Assembly (NCBI RefSeq): GCF_006345805.1
Contig: NC_043003.1
Location: 46,872,001-46,936,000 of the forward strand
Length of the DNA: 64,000 nucleotides
Source of the DNA: Octopus sinensis
Taxonomy: Eukaryota
Direction of reading: 5' to 3'
The notes beneath the pieces were generated by a model. The model worked only from the letters and a program-made list of their open reading frames with translations, searched no databases and was not told where the DNA came from. Positions 26,594-38,703 of this stretch are shown here, piece after piece. Within the stretch, counting starts at the first letter, position 1. Each line of letters begins with the position of its first letter. A program made the translations under genes and the position numbers.

Positions 26594-27149
26594 AATGCCC
26601 TGATGTAGTACCAGGCAGTGGCTTTCATTGTTTCTCATCTTAACTGATTGGAAGTGTTATCATGTACATTGTTTTGTCTTGGTATAAAAGATGGACTACA
26701 GCAAATATGTTGCTCAATACCACAGATTTGCTTGTCAGTTGTTTGACCTTAACCAGTTGAGAATGTCCCTTAGTGGCTGACGATATGTGCATCTCTGATC
26801 ACGAGCAGAAGTAGTGGGTGAGCATCATAGCCATGTGTTGAGAGGAATTCTTAGGAGTTTGGATAATTCACCTCTGCAAACATGGGTGTTTCTTTCAACA
26901 TTCTTAAACAACCCTTACTCAGGGACCTTTTGAGCGGGATGGGCTACTCAACCTGAAGAAAATTTTAACTGGGCCCCATCTGCAAGGTCATGCGCTGTTT
27001 AGCTTGATATGAGATCACCATGTTGCGCACATATGGTCGTATTGCATGTGCTTGGTGTACCCTTATCAGACTTGTTCTCGCGATTGGTATACTGGGCTTC
27101 GTATATTTTGCCCCAGTGTCACTTTGATGGCATGCACTGCTCTCTCAAT

Positions 27150-27340
27150 AATGATAATACTCCTTTCTACTAGAGGCACAAGATCTGTAATTTAGGGGAG
27201 GAGTCCAGTCGAATAGATCTACCCCAGTACGCAACAGGTACTTAATTTATCGATCTCGAAAGGATGAAAGACAAAGTCGACCTCGGCAGAATTTGAACTC
27301 AGAACGTAAAGACAGACGAGATACCGCGAAGCATCTCGCC
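27150..27340 (-). mobile_element. SINE family B monomer (alternative tail)
   Basis: Reverse complement has gagttcaaattctgccgaggtcgactttgtctttcatcc..ttgtgcctctagtagaaaggag. Confidence 0.85.
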
Positions 27341-27873
27341 CAGAAGGAATATAAGAGACGCCACGATAATATAGCAAGGCTTGTCCATTGGACTTGACAG
27401 AGCAAAAATTGGTATGACCACAAACCCGAAGGCATCATCGAAAATGATAAAGCAAATATCCTGTGGAATTTTATAATTCAGTGCGACCATTAGATAGAGA
27501 ATACGAAGCTAAACATAGTCTTTATTGAGAAAGAAAGTAAACTATGCTAGATCTTAGATTTAGCATGCCCAGCTGACAATAGGAAGAAGGAAAAGTCGAT
27601 AGATATGACAGGTTAGCTTAGGATGTTAAGCAGTTGTGGTCGATGAAAAGGTGGTAGTAGTATCAATAATTGTCGGAACCCTGGGAACAGTGAGTAAAAA
27701 TCTTGAGAAGTACATAGAACAAATAGGGGCTGCAATAAAGGTCGAACACTTGCAGAAAACAGCACTGCTTGGAACCGGTCGAATACTCCGGAAGGTGCTC
27801 GAAAAATAAGAGGTGTTACCTTAGTTCAGCTGACACCGTAGTACATCTCCAGCATTAGAAACTGTGCAAAGGC
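27335..27873 (+). mobile_element. R4/Dong-like LINE 3' fragment (subfamily 3) ending in (TAA)n
   Basis: LAQKEYKRRHDNIARLVHW..WYDHKPEGIIEN..ILWNFIIQCDH..IIVGTLGTV..LQKTALLGTGRILRKVLEK*. Confidence 0.9.
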
Positions 27874-27882
27874 AATAATAAA

Positions 27883-27957
<75 letters not shown>

Positions 27958-27974
27958 TGGTAATGATGATGATG

Positions 27975-28013
<39 letters not shown>

Positions 28014-28549
28014 CGACCGAGTTGGGTTCTTTATACACTGGAATGACAACAGAAAAAAATATGGTGTAGGCATTCTCCTGAAAAGGTCTCGTACTCTGGG
28101 ATATGCCAATACACACAGATAGAGAAATCAAGGCTAATAGACCGGATATAGTTGTCAGAGATCATCAAGAATAAAATGCGTTCTAATCGATGCATCAGTC
28201 TCAACAGATGACATTGTATCTCTAAAATAAACGGAGAAATCTCTCAAAATATAAAGCCCTGGAAACAGAGGTAACTCGAATGTGGAACTTGAAGATAGAA
28301 ACAATCCCTAAAAGAATAGGTGCATTAGGTATGATTAAAAAACTTACAGACAAATACATAATCAAAACTTCAGAACTTACGAATATGTAGCATACAGAAA
28401 ATGGCTCTACTTGTCACCGCACACATCCTACATAAAGCCCTTTCAATGCAGTGAAAATAACAGCACCAAAACAAACCACAGCACATACCCAAGGAACACG
28501 GAGCTGCGCTCAGTAGTGTAGTAGATGCACGTGATAAAAATAAGATTAC

Positions 28550-28550
<1 letters not shown>
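28014..28550 (+). mobile_element. R4/Dong-like LINE 3' fragment (subfamily 1, older copy)
   Basis: ILWDMPIHTDREIKANRPDIVVRDH..; 3'UTR homologous to 30430-30529; followed by (TAA)n. Confidence 0.9.
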
Positions 28551-28616
<66 letters not shown>

Positions 28617-28617
<1 letters not shown>

Positions 28618-30525
28618 TAGCCATTAACAAAGTAGCACCAACAATCATAAAATTCATAGAGCACTCTATGAATAAATGGCAAACAGTCCTACACCTCCAA
28701 ACAAAAGAGGGACTCATGAAAACCAAAGACATCCCCATTAGAAGAGGAATATTCCAGGGAGACACGCTCTCTCCACTCCTTTTCTGCTTGGCACTGTCAC
28801 CTCTATCTGATATGCTAAATAGAACTGGATGCGGATATAAATGTTACGGCAAAACGATCAGCCACCTTTTATATATGGATGACCTAAAAACTATACGCTG
28901 CAAATGACAAACAGCTGGAAACACTATTAAAGACAGTTCAAGGATTTACCAAAGAAATAGATATGAAATTTGGATTAGAAAAATGCGCCAAAGTAACCAT
29001 GAAAAGAGGAAAACTAGTTAAGAGTAACAACATCACACTAGATAAAACCAATGAAATAAAAGAATTAGACCAAAGCCAAACTTACAAATACTTAGGAATC
29101 CATGAACTAGATAAGACACAACACACACAAATGAAAGAGAAAATAAAAAAAGAATATTATAGACGAGTTAGATCAATACTAAAAACAGAGCTCAATGCTA
29201 AAAACAAGATAATAGGTATCAACACTTTAGCTGTCCCAGTTATAAGTTACAGCTACAATATCCTTAACTGGACACGAAATGAACTGTCCAAAATAGATAG
29301 GAAAACAAGAAAAATACTGACAGGATCTAGGCTGCATCACCCAAAATCTGACATAGAAAGACTATATATACAACGTATAGAAGGTGGTAGAGGCCTTATA
29401 CAGCTGGAAAACTACTATAAAATAACCACCATAGGACTGCAAAAATACTTACTCAGAAGAAGGAAAACTGATCCAGATAGCAGCAAAACACGAGCAAAAC
29501 AAAAACTGTTCTCAGTATTTAAGGAAGCTGACAAATACAAACAAGAAATCATACCACCTAATAAACACAAAGAAGAAGAAGAAGATGATGAGAAACAACA
29601 AAAGCTATAAAACAAATGAAATCCAAACTAAAAATAGAACAGCAACGAGCCATGATAAGACGATGGCAAGAAAAGCCCCTTCATGGTAAATACTGCACTA
29701 AACTAAACGCAAAAGAAATAGACAAAGAAAAATCCCAGCAATGGTTGAGAAGCTCAGGACTCAAAGCAGAAACAGAGGGATTTTTAATTGCAGCACAAGA
29801 CCAAAGCCTCCCCACCAGAAATTACAAAAACATGTAATGAAAAAAATATTACAAGTAACTGCAGAATATGTGGAGATGGACAAGAAACAATAAATCATAT
29901 TATCTCTAGCTGCCCAGTCCTGGCTAAGAAGGAATATATTCACAGACATGACAGAGTTGGAACCTACATACATTGGAAGCTATGCCAACATTATGGAATA
30001 ACAACAGAAAAAAGATGGTATAGGCACACACCAGAAAAGGTCACACAGAAAACGAGAAAGCAACCATACTCTGGGATATGCCGATACACACAGATAGAGA
30101 AATTAAGGCCAACAGACCAGATATAGTTGTCAGAGATCATGAAGAAAAAAAATGCTTTCTAATTGATGTATCAATACCGGCAGATGACAACGTGTCTCTA
30201 AAAGAAAAAAGAGAAACTCTCAAAATACAAAGACCTGGAAATAGAGGTAACTAGAATGTGGAACCTGAAAACAGAAACAATTCCTATCATAGTAGGTGCA
30301 TTAGGCATGATAAAAAATATTCAGACAAATACATAACAAAAACACCAGGACTTACAAACACATATAACATACAGAAAATTGCACTACTAGGCACTGCACA
30401 CATCCTACGCAGAACACTTTCCATACAATAACCAACAGAGCATCACAACAAATCACAGCACATACCCAAGGCACACAGAGCTGCGCTCGGTAGTGAAGTG
30501 AGAGCACGCTATAAAAATAAAACTA

Positions 30526-30529
<4 letters not shown>
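28617..30529 (+). mobile_element. 5'-truncated R4/Dong-like LINE (subfamily 1) flanked by (TAA)n on both sides
   Basis: RGIFQGDTLSPLLFCLAL, LLYMDDLK, YKYLGI, CRICGDGQETINHIISSC (CCHC), RPDIVV..LIDVSIP..KYKDL RLE; few frameshifts. Confidence 0.95.
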
Positions 30530-30597
<68 letters not shown>

Positions 30598-30624
30598 CAC
30601 AACAACAACAACAATAATTATTAT

Positions 30625-30870
30625 ATGTTCAAAAATAATCCAAAAATTGTTTACAGGAAGATAGGGAAAATACCAGTTACTGTAAAGTTTGTCCCGTCAA
30701 AAGGGGTGCAGGAATTTGGGAATAAAATTTAAGCAGAAGAAAATATGCACACTAAAATGGCTCCTGGGAGTGATAGAATATTTACTGATTTAGACTCCTG
30801 AGAAGAGAAGTGGGAGGGCATCAAGGTTGAGGATGTAAGATCTGCTCTCAACAACCCACGCAGGTAAAGA
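30625..30870 (+). mobile_element. Degraded R4/Dong-like pre-RT fragment
   Basis: MFKNNPKIVYRKIG..PSK..EWEGIKVEDVRSAL resembles the region preceding the RT in this clade. Confidence 0.5.
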
Positions 30871-30907
30871 GAAAAAAAAAACAACGAATCCCCCCGGCTT
30901 TGATTAA

Positions 30908-30938
<31 letters not shown>

Positions 30939-30943
30939 AGATA

Positions 30944-31330
30944 CTATAGAAGATAAATTTTAATTTTCTGAGAGATTTTACATGTTTTGGTCCTTCTTGA
31001 AAAAACGAACCTTATCAAAAATATATATATTTTAAAAGTTAAGTGTAATAAAAGAAAAGTTCATAATTATTTCTTACTAGTCTTAACAGAGTCCATGTGG
31101 TGAGGTTTTGTGTGTGGTAACATAATGGCTATCTTGTGCGTTGATTAGAATCGTTGGCCGTAATAGTGAAAGTGACCGTTAGGTGTAATAGCAGTAGTAG
31201 TAGAGACCGTTGGTCGTAGTAGTAGTAGCGCTTAACTTTTAAAATATATATATTTTTGATAAGGTTCGTTTTTTCAAGAAGGGACCAAAACATGTAAAAT
31301 CTCTCAGAAAATTAAAATTATCTTATATAG
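30944..31330. mobile_element. Foldback MITE with ~100-bp near-perfect TIRs
   Basis: 30944-31043 is the reverse complement of 31231-31330; spacer has degenerate accgttggcc/gtagtag repeats. Confidence 0.85.
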
Positions 31331-31389
31331 TGGCGTTTTCAAACTTTTTTTTTTTATAAATATATACCCACTTGTATGCCACCTACACT

Positions 31390-31470
<81 letters not shown>

Positions 31471-31893
31471 GGATTCTCTCATAGTGGATTATCTCTCATA
31501 GTGCGTATTAATATATATTAGTTGCTAAATCTCAGTCTTTTATACGCTAGACCATGGTGTTTAAATTGATGTTATTAAATTAATATCAATTTTTCACCCT
31601 CATTTTGACTTCATATATATATATATACATACACAGAGGGAGAGAGAGAGAGAATGAAACAGACAGACAAAGAGAGTCAGAGAGGGAGATGGATAGGGAG
31701 GCGGTACAGATACACACTCCCGTGCATATTTGTAATTTATATATATATATATATATATAATATATATAATATATATATATATATAGTAATATACATATAT
31801 GTATATACATACACATATATATTTATGTACATGCATATAGAGTATACAATGTATATATGTATATATTCACATAAGTACACACACAAACACACA

Positions 31894-31944
<51 letters not shown>

Positions 31945-32317
31945 AAATTCGCCGGCCACTTCATTGCCGTAGGAATTTTAAGACTGAATGCTGGTTGTGT
32001 TGGTTGGTGGTTATTACATAATTGATAAGGCAGTGGTCGAGCGTTATTTCACTGACAGATAAAACGGAGTCTGTTTGGAGAACTCGGGTTAGTATAACAA
32101 ATACACTCTTTATCAAAGAAAAACACGCAGGATGCTCAGCTGGATTTTACATATGCTGTGTTGATGGTGAGAGAAAAAGTTATTATTACTGTCACTACCA
32201 CCACCACCACCATTTCCATTTCCTCTTCTAAATCTTGTGCATTTTTTTTTTAATACGGGCATACCCCAACTTACGTCGGTAACTGGTTCCCAGACATGCG
32301 ACCTAGCATTTTTAACG

Positions 32318-32618
32318 ACTTGGGCAAATGTTTTCTACTATAGCCTCAGGCCGAACAAAGCCTTGTGAGTGGATTTGGTAGATGGAAACTGAAAGAAGTC
32401 CGTCGTATATGATAGATCGTTAGCTCGTACACGCATTTTTTTCTCTCCTTGTTTTTTTTCTGTGTATCTTTCTGTCGAAGAGCGTAGGCTCGAAACGTAA
32501 AAGACTTTTTCTATTTCTATTCCTGAGCGCTATACTAATACATTTGTTTGTTTGTACTCCACCTGCCTTCGTCTTTTGTTTATTTTCGTAAACTTTCCCG
32601 TTATATATATATATATAT

Positions 32619-32702
<84 letters not shown>

Positions 32703-32856
32703 TGTATGTATGTATGTTTGTGTGTCTATGTTTGTCCCGCCAAGATCGATAGAATAAGTACTAGGCTTACAACGAATAAGTCCTGGGGTCGATTTGCTCG
32801 ACTAAAGGCGGTGCTCCAGCATGGCTGCAGTCAAATGATTGGAACAAGTAAAATAG
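32318..32856 (+). mobile_element. SINE family A with a hammerhead element nested in its central TA tract
   Basis: 5' half 32318-32405, insert 32409-32601, 3' half 32720-32856. Confidence 0.85.
32409..32601 (+). mobile_element. Short TA-embedded repeat (HH-A) carrying a hammerhead-like motif at 32467-32505
   Basis: Homologous to 38284-38475 and 47270-47491; minus stubs at 36978-37057 and 53026-53086. Confidence 0.85.
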
Positions 32857-32881
32857 TATTATATATATATATATATATATA

Positions 32882-32959
<78 letters not shown>

Positions 32960-33282
32960 CATACGCATATCTACGACGGGCTTCTTTCAGTTTCTGTTTA
33001 CCAAATCTACTCGCCAGCCTGTGGTCAGCCTGAGATTATAGTAGAAGAAACTTGTCCAAGGCGCCACACAATGATTTTAAGGATTTCTATGCTTTTAATT
33101 ATATTCGCTGAAACCGACATAAAATCAGATAATGCGGCTGAACTTGATGCTTAATTTTTCCATTAATTTCTTTAAAAAATGGCACGAGATGGAAAAGACG
33201 TAACTCGAAATTATGTAAGTTGAGGTATTTCTGTACCTTCTCTGCTACGTTCATTGCAATACTCAGTATCGCCATTATTAAT

Positions 33283-33690
33283 TTTCTTTTGTATTCTACT
33301 CTAGGCACAAGGGCCGAAAATTTGGGGGAGGGGACCAGTCGATTAGATTGACTCCAGTACGCAACTGGTACTTATTTAATCGGCCCGAAAGGATGAAAGG
33401 TAAAGTTGACCTCGGCGGAATTTGAACTCAGAACGTAGCGCCAGACGAAATACCTATTTCTTTACTATCTACAAAGGGCTAAACACAGAGGAGACAAACA
33501 AGGACAGACAAACGGATTAAGTCGATTATATCGACCCCAGTGCGTAACTGGTACTTAATTTATCGACCCCGAAAGGATGAAAGGCAAAGCCGACCTCGGC
33601 AGAATTTGAACTCAGAACGTAACGGCAGACACGAAATACTGCTAAGCATTTCGTCCGGCGTGCTGACGATTCTGCCAGCTAGCCGCCTTT
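33283..33690 (-). mobile_element. SINE family B dimer with 12-bp TSD
   Basis: Head, two body units with different tails; TSD gccatta(t/c)taat at 33271-33282 and 33691-33702. Confidence 0.9.
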
Positions 33691-33899
33691 GCCATTACTA
33701 ATATTAAAACACTTTCCATTATTACGAACCAATGACGGAGACTACATGTCGCACGTCCTTCCAGAAAAAGTAGTCAAATCACCCTCCTACTACACTACAC
33801 TACACTTCACTACACTACACCGTTTTAAAGAATCGATGGTTAAATCTGGAATTCCTTTGATCACAGGTCTGTTTAATCAAGCATGATCTGGGACTAAGC

Positions 33900-34320
33900 A
33901 ACAGCAACAACAAAAACATTTATTGCAGTCCCGAAAACCAATGCTACAAACATAAGCACCACCACCACAGCCACCAACTACAACAACAACGATAACAACA
34001 ACAACACCAGCATCGACAACACCACTATCAAAACAACCACCATCACGAACAACAACATCAGCCGTTCAGTTGTTAAAAATAGTTCCGCTATAAATTCTAT
34101 AATTAGTTCTCCAGGCTATCTCCATCCAAAAACATAAAAGTGTAGATTTTTGAGATTATTCTTTGAGAGATTTTTCCTTTCTTCGTCTTTTCTACTCGTA
34201 ATGAATTAAACGGAAATCAGTAAAGATATGGCTCTGCTTTTCACATATATGTAACTGACGTCCATATATGGATATTTGCTGTATTTATGCGACATAACAT
34301 GTCACATAAATTGACCTTCG
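33900..34320. mobile_element. Unclassified repeat with (AAC/ACC)n tract, possibly DINE/HINE-like
   Basis: gttaaaaatag..ctataattagttctccaggcta..gtccatatatggatattt shared with 37290-37880; both preceded by degenerate (AAC)n. Confidence 0.5.
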
Positions 34321-34374
34321 TACTTTGGATTACAGAAATGATATTTGTTATGCATACTTCACAATTGTCACATA

Positions 34375-34735
34375 TTCTTTCATTCTTTCATTCTTGCCTT
34401 CTTTTGCCTTCAAAAGTTTTAGTCGAACAAATCGACCCCAGGACTTATTTTTAAGCCTAGTTTCTTTTACCGAACCGCCAGGTTACGGGGACGTAAACAC
34501 ACTAACTTCGGTTGTCAAGTGGTGATGACGGGACAAACATAGACACAAAGACTCACACATGTAAATATATATATATCAAATGTAGGATAAAACTTTTTCG
34601 AAAAAAAATTCTATCAATGGCCAGCATATTAAAAAATACCTTTAAAGGTTAAATTTATAAACAATTTATGAGTAAGGGCAAAAGAAAACATTTCTTGCCA
34701 TTAGAAATTTTTTCTTTTGCCCTTATTTATAATTG

Positions 34736-34794
<59 letters not shown>

Positions 34795-34960
34795 CATGAC
34801 GGGCTTCTTTCAATTTCCGTCTGCCAAATCCACTCACAAGGCTTTGGTCAGCCTGAGGCAATATTAGAAGACACTTGCCCAAGGTGCCACACAGTGGAAC
34901 TGAACTTGGAACCATGTGGTTGAGGAGCAAGCTTTAACCACACAGCCGCTTCTGCGCCTA
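34375..34960 (-). mobile_element. SINE family A with a ~165-bp insert in its central TA tract
   Basis: 3' half 34375-34560, 5' half 34795-34960; the insert contains a 16-bp inverted repeat (34673-34688/34710-34725). Confidence 0.8.
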
Positions 34961-35308
34961 TATGTGGCATTGTCTCACATACACGAACACGTGAATAGTT
35001 TTGACAACCGTTATGTATATGAGAATATTGGTACAAATACGACACACATATAGACATTTGTCAAACAAATTGACATGTGTCACTGATTCTTTTATATTGC
35101 TACATATCAAGGGCCCAGGAACATGGGGTGCAGGGAGTGCACTTGCACCCCCTAAAATTTGTGGGGTTGCAAAATTCAATATTGTAAACCTTACTTACCT
35201 TTCCCAGGCTAAGAAAGTAGTGTTTAAAAATTGATCTGTAAAAAGTTGCTTGATGTTAGGTTTCTTCACAAAATAAGAACAAAGAACTAAAATAAATAAA
35301 ATAGGAAG

Positions 35309-35622
35309 AGGACTCCGTCAGTTACGACGACGAGGGTCCCAGCTGATACGATCAATGGAACAGCTTGCTCGTGAAATTAACGTGCAAGTAGCTGAGCACT
35401 CCACAGACACATATACTCTTTACGTAGTTCTCAGGGAGATTCAGCGTGACGCAGAGTGTGACAAGGCTGGTCCCTTTGAAACACAGGTACTACTCATTTT
35501 TGCCAGCTGAGGGGACTGGAGCAACGGGAAATAAAGTGTCTTGCTCAAGAACACAACTCGTCACGGGAATTACTTACGATCATGAGCCGAATGCCCTAAC
35601 CACTATGCGACGCGCCTTCACG
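35309..35622 (-). mobile_element. tRNA-derived SINE family D
   Basis: Head gaaggcgcgtcgcatagtggttagggcattcggctc, body ..cacgttaatttcacgagc.., tail cgtcgtcgtaactgacggagtc; second copy at 58739-59025. Confidence 0.88.
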
Positions 35623-35657
35623 TAAATATATATATATATATTATATATATGTATATA

Positions 35658-35725
<68 letters not shown>

Positions 35726-35790
35726 ATATATATATATATATATATATAATTATATATATATATATATATAATGTATATATTATATATATA

Positions 35791-35836
<46 letters not shown>

Positions 35837-35838
35837 GT

Positions 35839-35880
<42 letters not shown>

Positions 35881-35893
35881 ATATGTATACATA

Positions 35894-35928
<35 letters not shown>

Positions 35929-36045
35929 TAATGTGTATGTATATATATATATGTATATATATATATGTATATATAATATATATATATATATATGTATATA
36001 TATAATATGTATATATAAATACATATAATATATATATATATATAT

Positions 36046-36078
<33 letters not shown>

Positions 36079-36098
36079 TATATATATATGTATGTATG

Positions 36099-36165
<67 letters not shown>
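35623..36165. repeat. Long interrupted (TA)n/(TATG)n tract
   Basis: Direct reading. Confidence 0.9.
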
Positions 36166-36168
<3 letters not shown>

Positions 36169-36968
36169 CGTTTTTCGTTTTTCTTGTTTCATCTCAGAGC
36201 TGCGGCCATGCTGATGCTGATGCACCGCCGTTTTGTGCTACACTGTTATTACGAAGAGCCTCGTCTAATATGTGGCACTTGGTGAAGAATGGAGTTTGAT
36301 ATAGCTACCCTCATTTGCACCTCTTGCCGTGTGGTAGGTTCATCTGGGCCTCTCGACAGGAAGATGTCCAGCTTTGATTTTAAAAACTGCTACATCTACT
36401 TTGTGCAAGTTCCTCAGACTCTTTGGGAGAATATTAAAAAGCTGTGGGCCCTTGAAACCCAGGCTGTTGCAGTAGCTGGTCCTGAAGCGTGATGGCATTG
36501 CTGGGATCTTTGGCACTATGCAGTGTCGTCCCGTTCTAGCATTGGTGTAGCTTACAATGCAAAAATTTGGCACAATTCTTTCCAGGATCTTCCAGACATA
36601 TATTACTGCATACCTCTCCCGTCTTCTCTCCAGGGAGTAGAGTCTTAGCTGTTTCAACCTTTCCCAGTAGCTGAGCTGTTGCAAAGAGACGATCTTCTTT
36701 GTGAATTTTCTCTGGATTGCTTCAAGGTCAGCTGTTAATTTCACACTGGTGGGTGACCATAGCTGCGTGAGCAGTAATCCAGGCGGCTGAGGACGAATGT
36801 CCGCCAGAGGACCATCATAGTTTTCATATCATTATCCTCAGCCCATCTGTAGATTGAGTCCAACTCCTGCTGCAGGTGTGCAACATCGCTGGGGCTCTGT
36901 ATTTTCTGCGAGACTTTCGTATCGTCTGCATAGCTTGCCAGAGTGGCTATCCGGGCATTTGAGGGCAT
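36166..36968 (-). mobile_element. CR1/L2-group LINE 3' part with YADD motif, internal deletion and intact 3' tail
   Basis: LASYADDTKVSQKI..LDSIYRWAEDN; RTFVLSRLDYCS; LEAIQRKFTK..LSYWERLKQLRLYSLERRRERY; NSLGFKGPQLFNILP; tail (aaaaacg)n. Confidence 0.92.
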
Positions 36969-37055
36969 ATATATATAGGGGGAGAGTTCACGAAAAAAAC
37001 AAAAGACGAAGACAGGTGGTGTAGAAAATAAACAGATGTATTAGTATAACGCTCA

Positions 37056-37095
<40 letters not shown>

Positions 37096-37251
37096 TAGAT
37101 GTGTGAGATGTGTGAGATGTGAGAAAAACAGGTCTGTAACATTAAGCTTCAGCCCTGCTACCTTCCTTTGTGTAGAGGTGTTACTATTGTGTCTTTCAGC
37201 ATTCCTGGGAATTCGCCGGTATCTAACGACTTTCGAAATAATATCTTTAAT

Positions 37252-37292
<41 letters not shown>

Positions 37293-38136
37293 TAGAAGAC
37301 CTGCGCTGTTAATCGTTAAATTTCTCAGTATTTCAAGATCAACTCGGGGTTAAACAACTATCACAATCATAGCAGCCAAGAAAGTTGACTATACTGCCAA
37401 CATAACGACCATTACCAACAAAAGCACCATCCACGTCTATAAAAGCTATCATCAAAACAAACTTCACTCACCCTAGCACCACCGACAGCAACGAAAACAA
37501 CACTAATATCAACAGTGCCTTCATCAAAACATCACTGTCACCACAAACAACAACACCAGTAACAACATTACCCTCGAAACAACTTCCTCTAACACCGCCA
37601 ACAACAACACCAATATCAAGTACACCATCTCCAGAACAACAACAACCACAAATACTACAACACCAACGGCCATTCAACTGTTAAAAATAGCTCCATTATA
37701 GGTTCTATAATTAGTTCTCCAGGCTATTTTGAGATTTTGAGATAAATTTTTCAAAGATTTTTATTCTCTTCTGTTGAGTTAAAACGGAAGTAAATATAGG
37801 CATTGCGTTGATTTTTTTTTTCTTTTCTAACATATATATAAACGCGAGATATATGTCCATATATGGATATTTGTAATTCTCCTGATAGGTAACTTCGGGT
37901 TCGTTTCCTTGTAGATTTCAAACAAGTACACCATCAAACATTCTTCTTTTAATTTTACAGTTGGTCTTACACCATAATTATTTGGATTAACTATTTATCC
38001 TTCTATCTTGCATGTCTACCTATACATGTGCGTAGAAAAATGGTCAGTAGAAGGTACTGGTAGTTTGAAGCATGTGCGTGTGTGTGTGTGTGTGTGTGTG
38101 CGCGTGTGTGTGTAGTGTGTGTGTGTTTTGTTTGCA

Positions 38137-38176
<40 letters not shown>

Positions 38177-38221
38177 GTGTCCGTGTGTGTATGTGCGTAT
38201 GCGTGAGGATGTGTGTGTGGA

Positions 38222-38283
<62 letters not shown>

Positions 38284-38286
<3 letters not shown>

Positions 38287-38475
38287 TCGCCATGATAGAT
38301 CGTTAGCCACTACACACATTTTTTTCTCTCCTTGTTTTTTCTGTGTCCCTTTCTGTAGAAGAGCGTAGGCTCGAAACGTAAAAGACTTTTTTCTATTCCT
38401 GAGCGTTATACTAATACATCTGTTTGTTTTGTGCACCACCTGACTTCGTCTTTTGTTTTTTTCGTAAACTCTCCC
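38284..38475 (+). mobile_element. HH-A repeat with hammerhead-like motif (38345-38386) in (TA)n
   Basis: cttt CTGTAGA A GAGC gtag GCTC GAAA CGT A aaag. Confidence 0.85.
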
Positions 38476-38483
38476 TATATATA

Positions 38484-38531
<48 letters not shown>

Positions 38532-38547
38532 TATACATATACATATA

Positions 38548-38703
38548 TATAAGCAAATGAATGATAACAGACGATGGATAAATGTCAGTTCATTGCAGTT
38601 GTTTCTTACGCTGTAATGTACTGAACGCGTGTTAAAAATGCGTAAGAAACAGATGTAATGAGCTGACATATATCTATCGTCTGTTATTATCCATTTGCTT
38701 ATA
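38548..38703. repeat. 64-bp imperfect inverted repeat with 28-nt loop
   Basis: 38548-38611 vs 38640-38703, 56 of 64 positions complementary. Confidence 0.9.
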
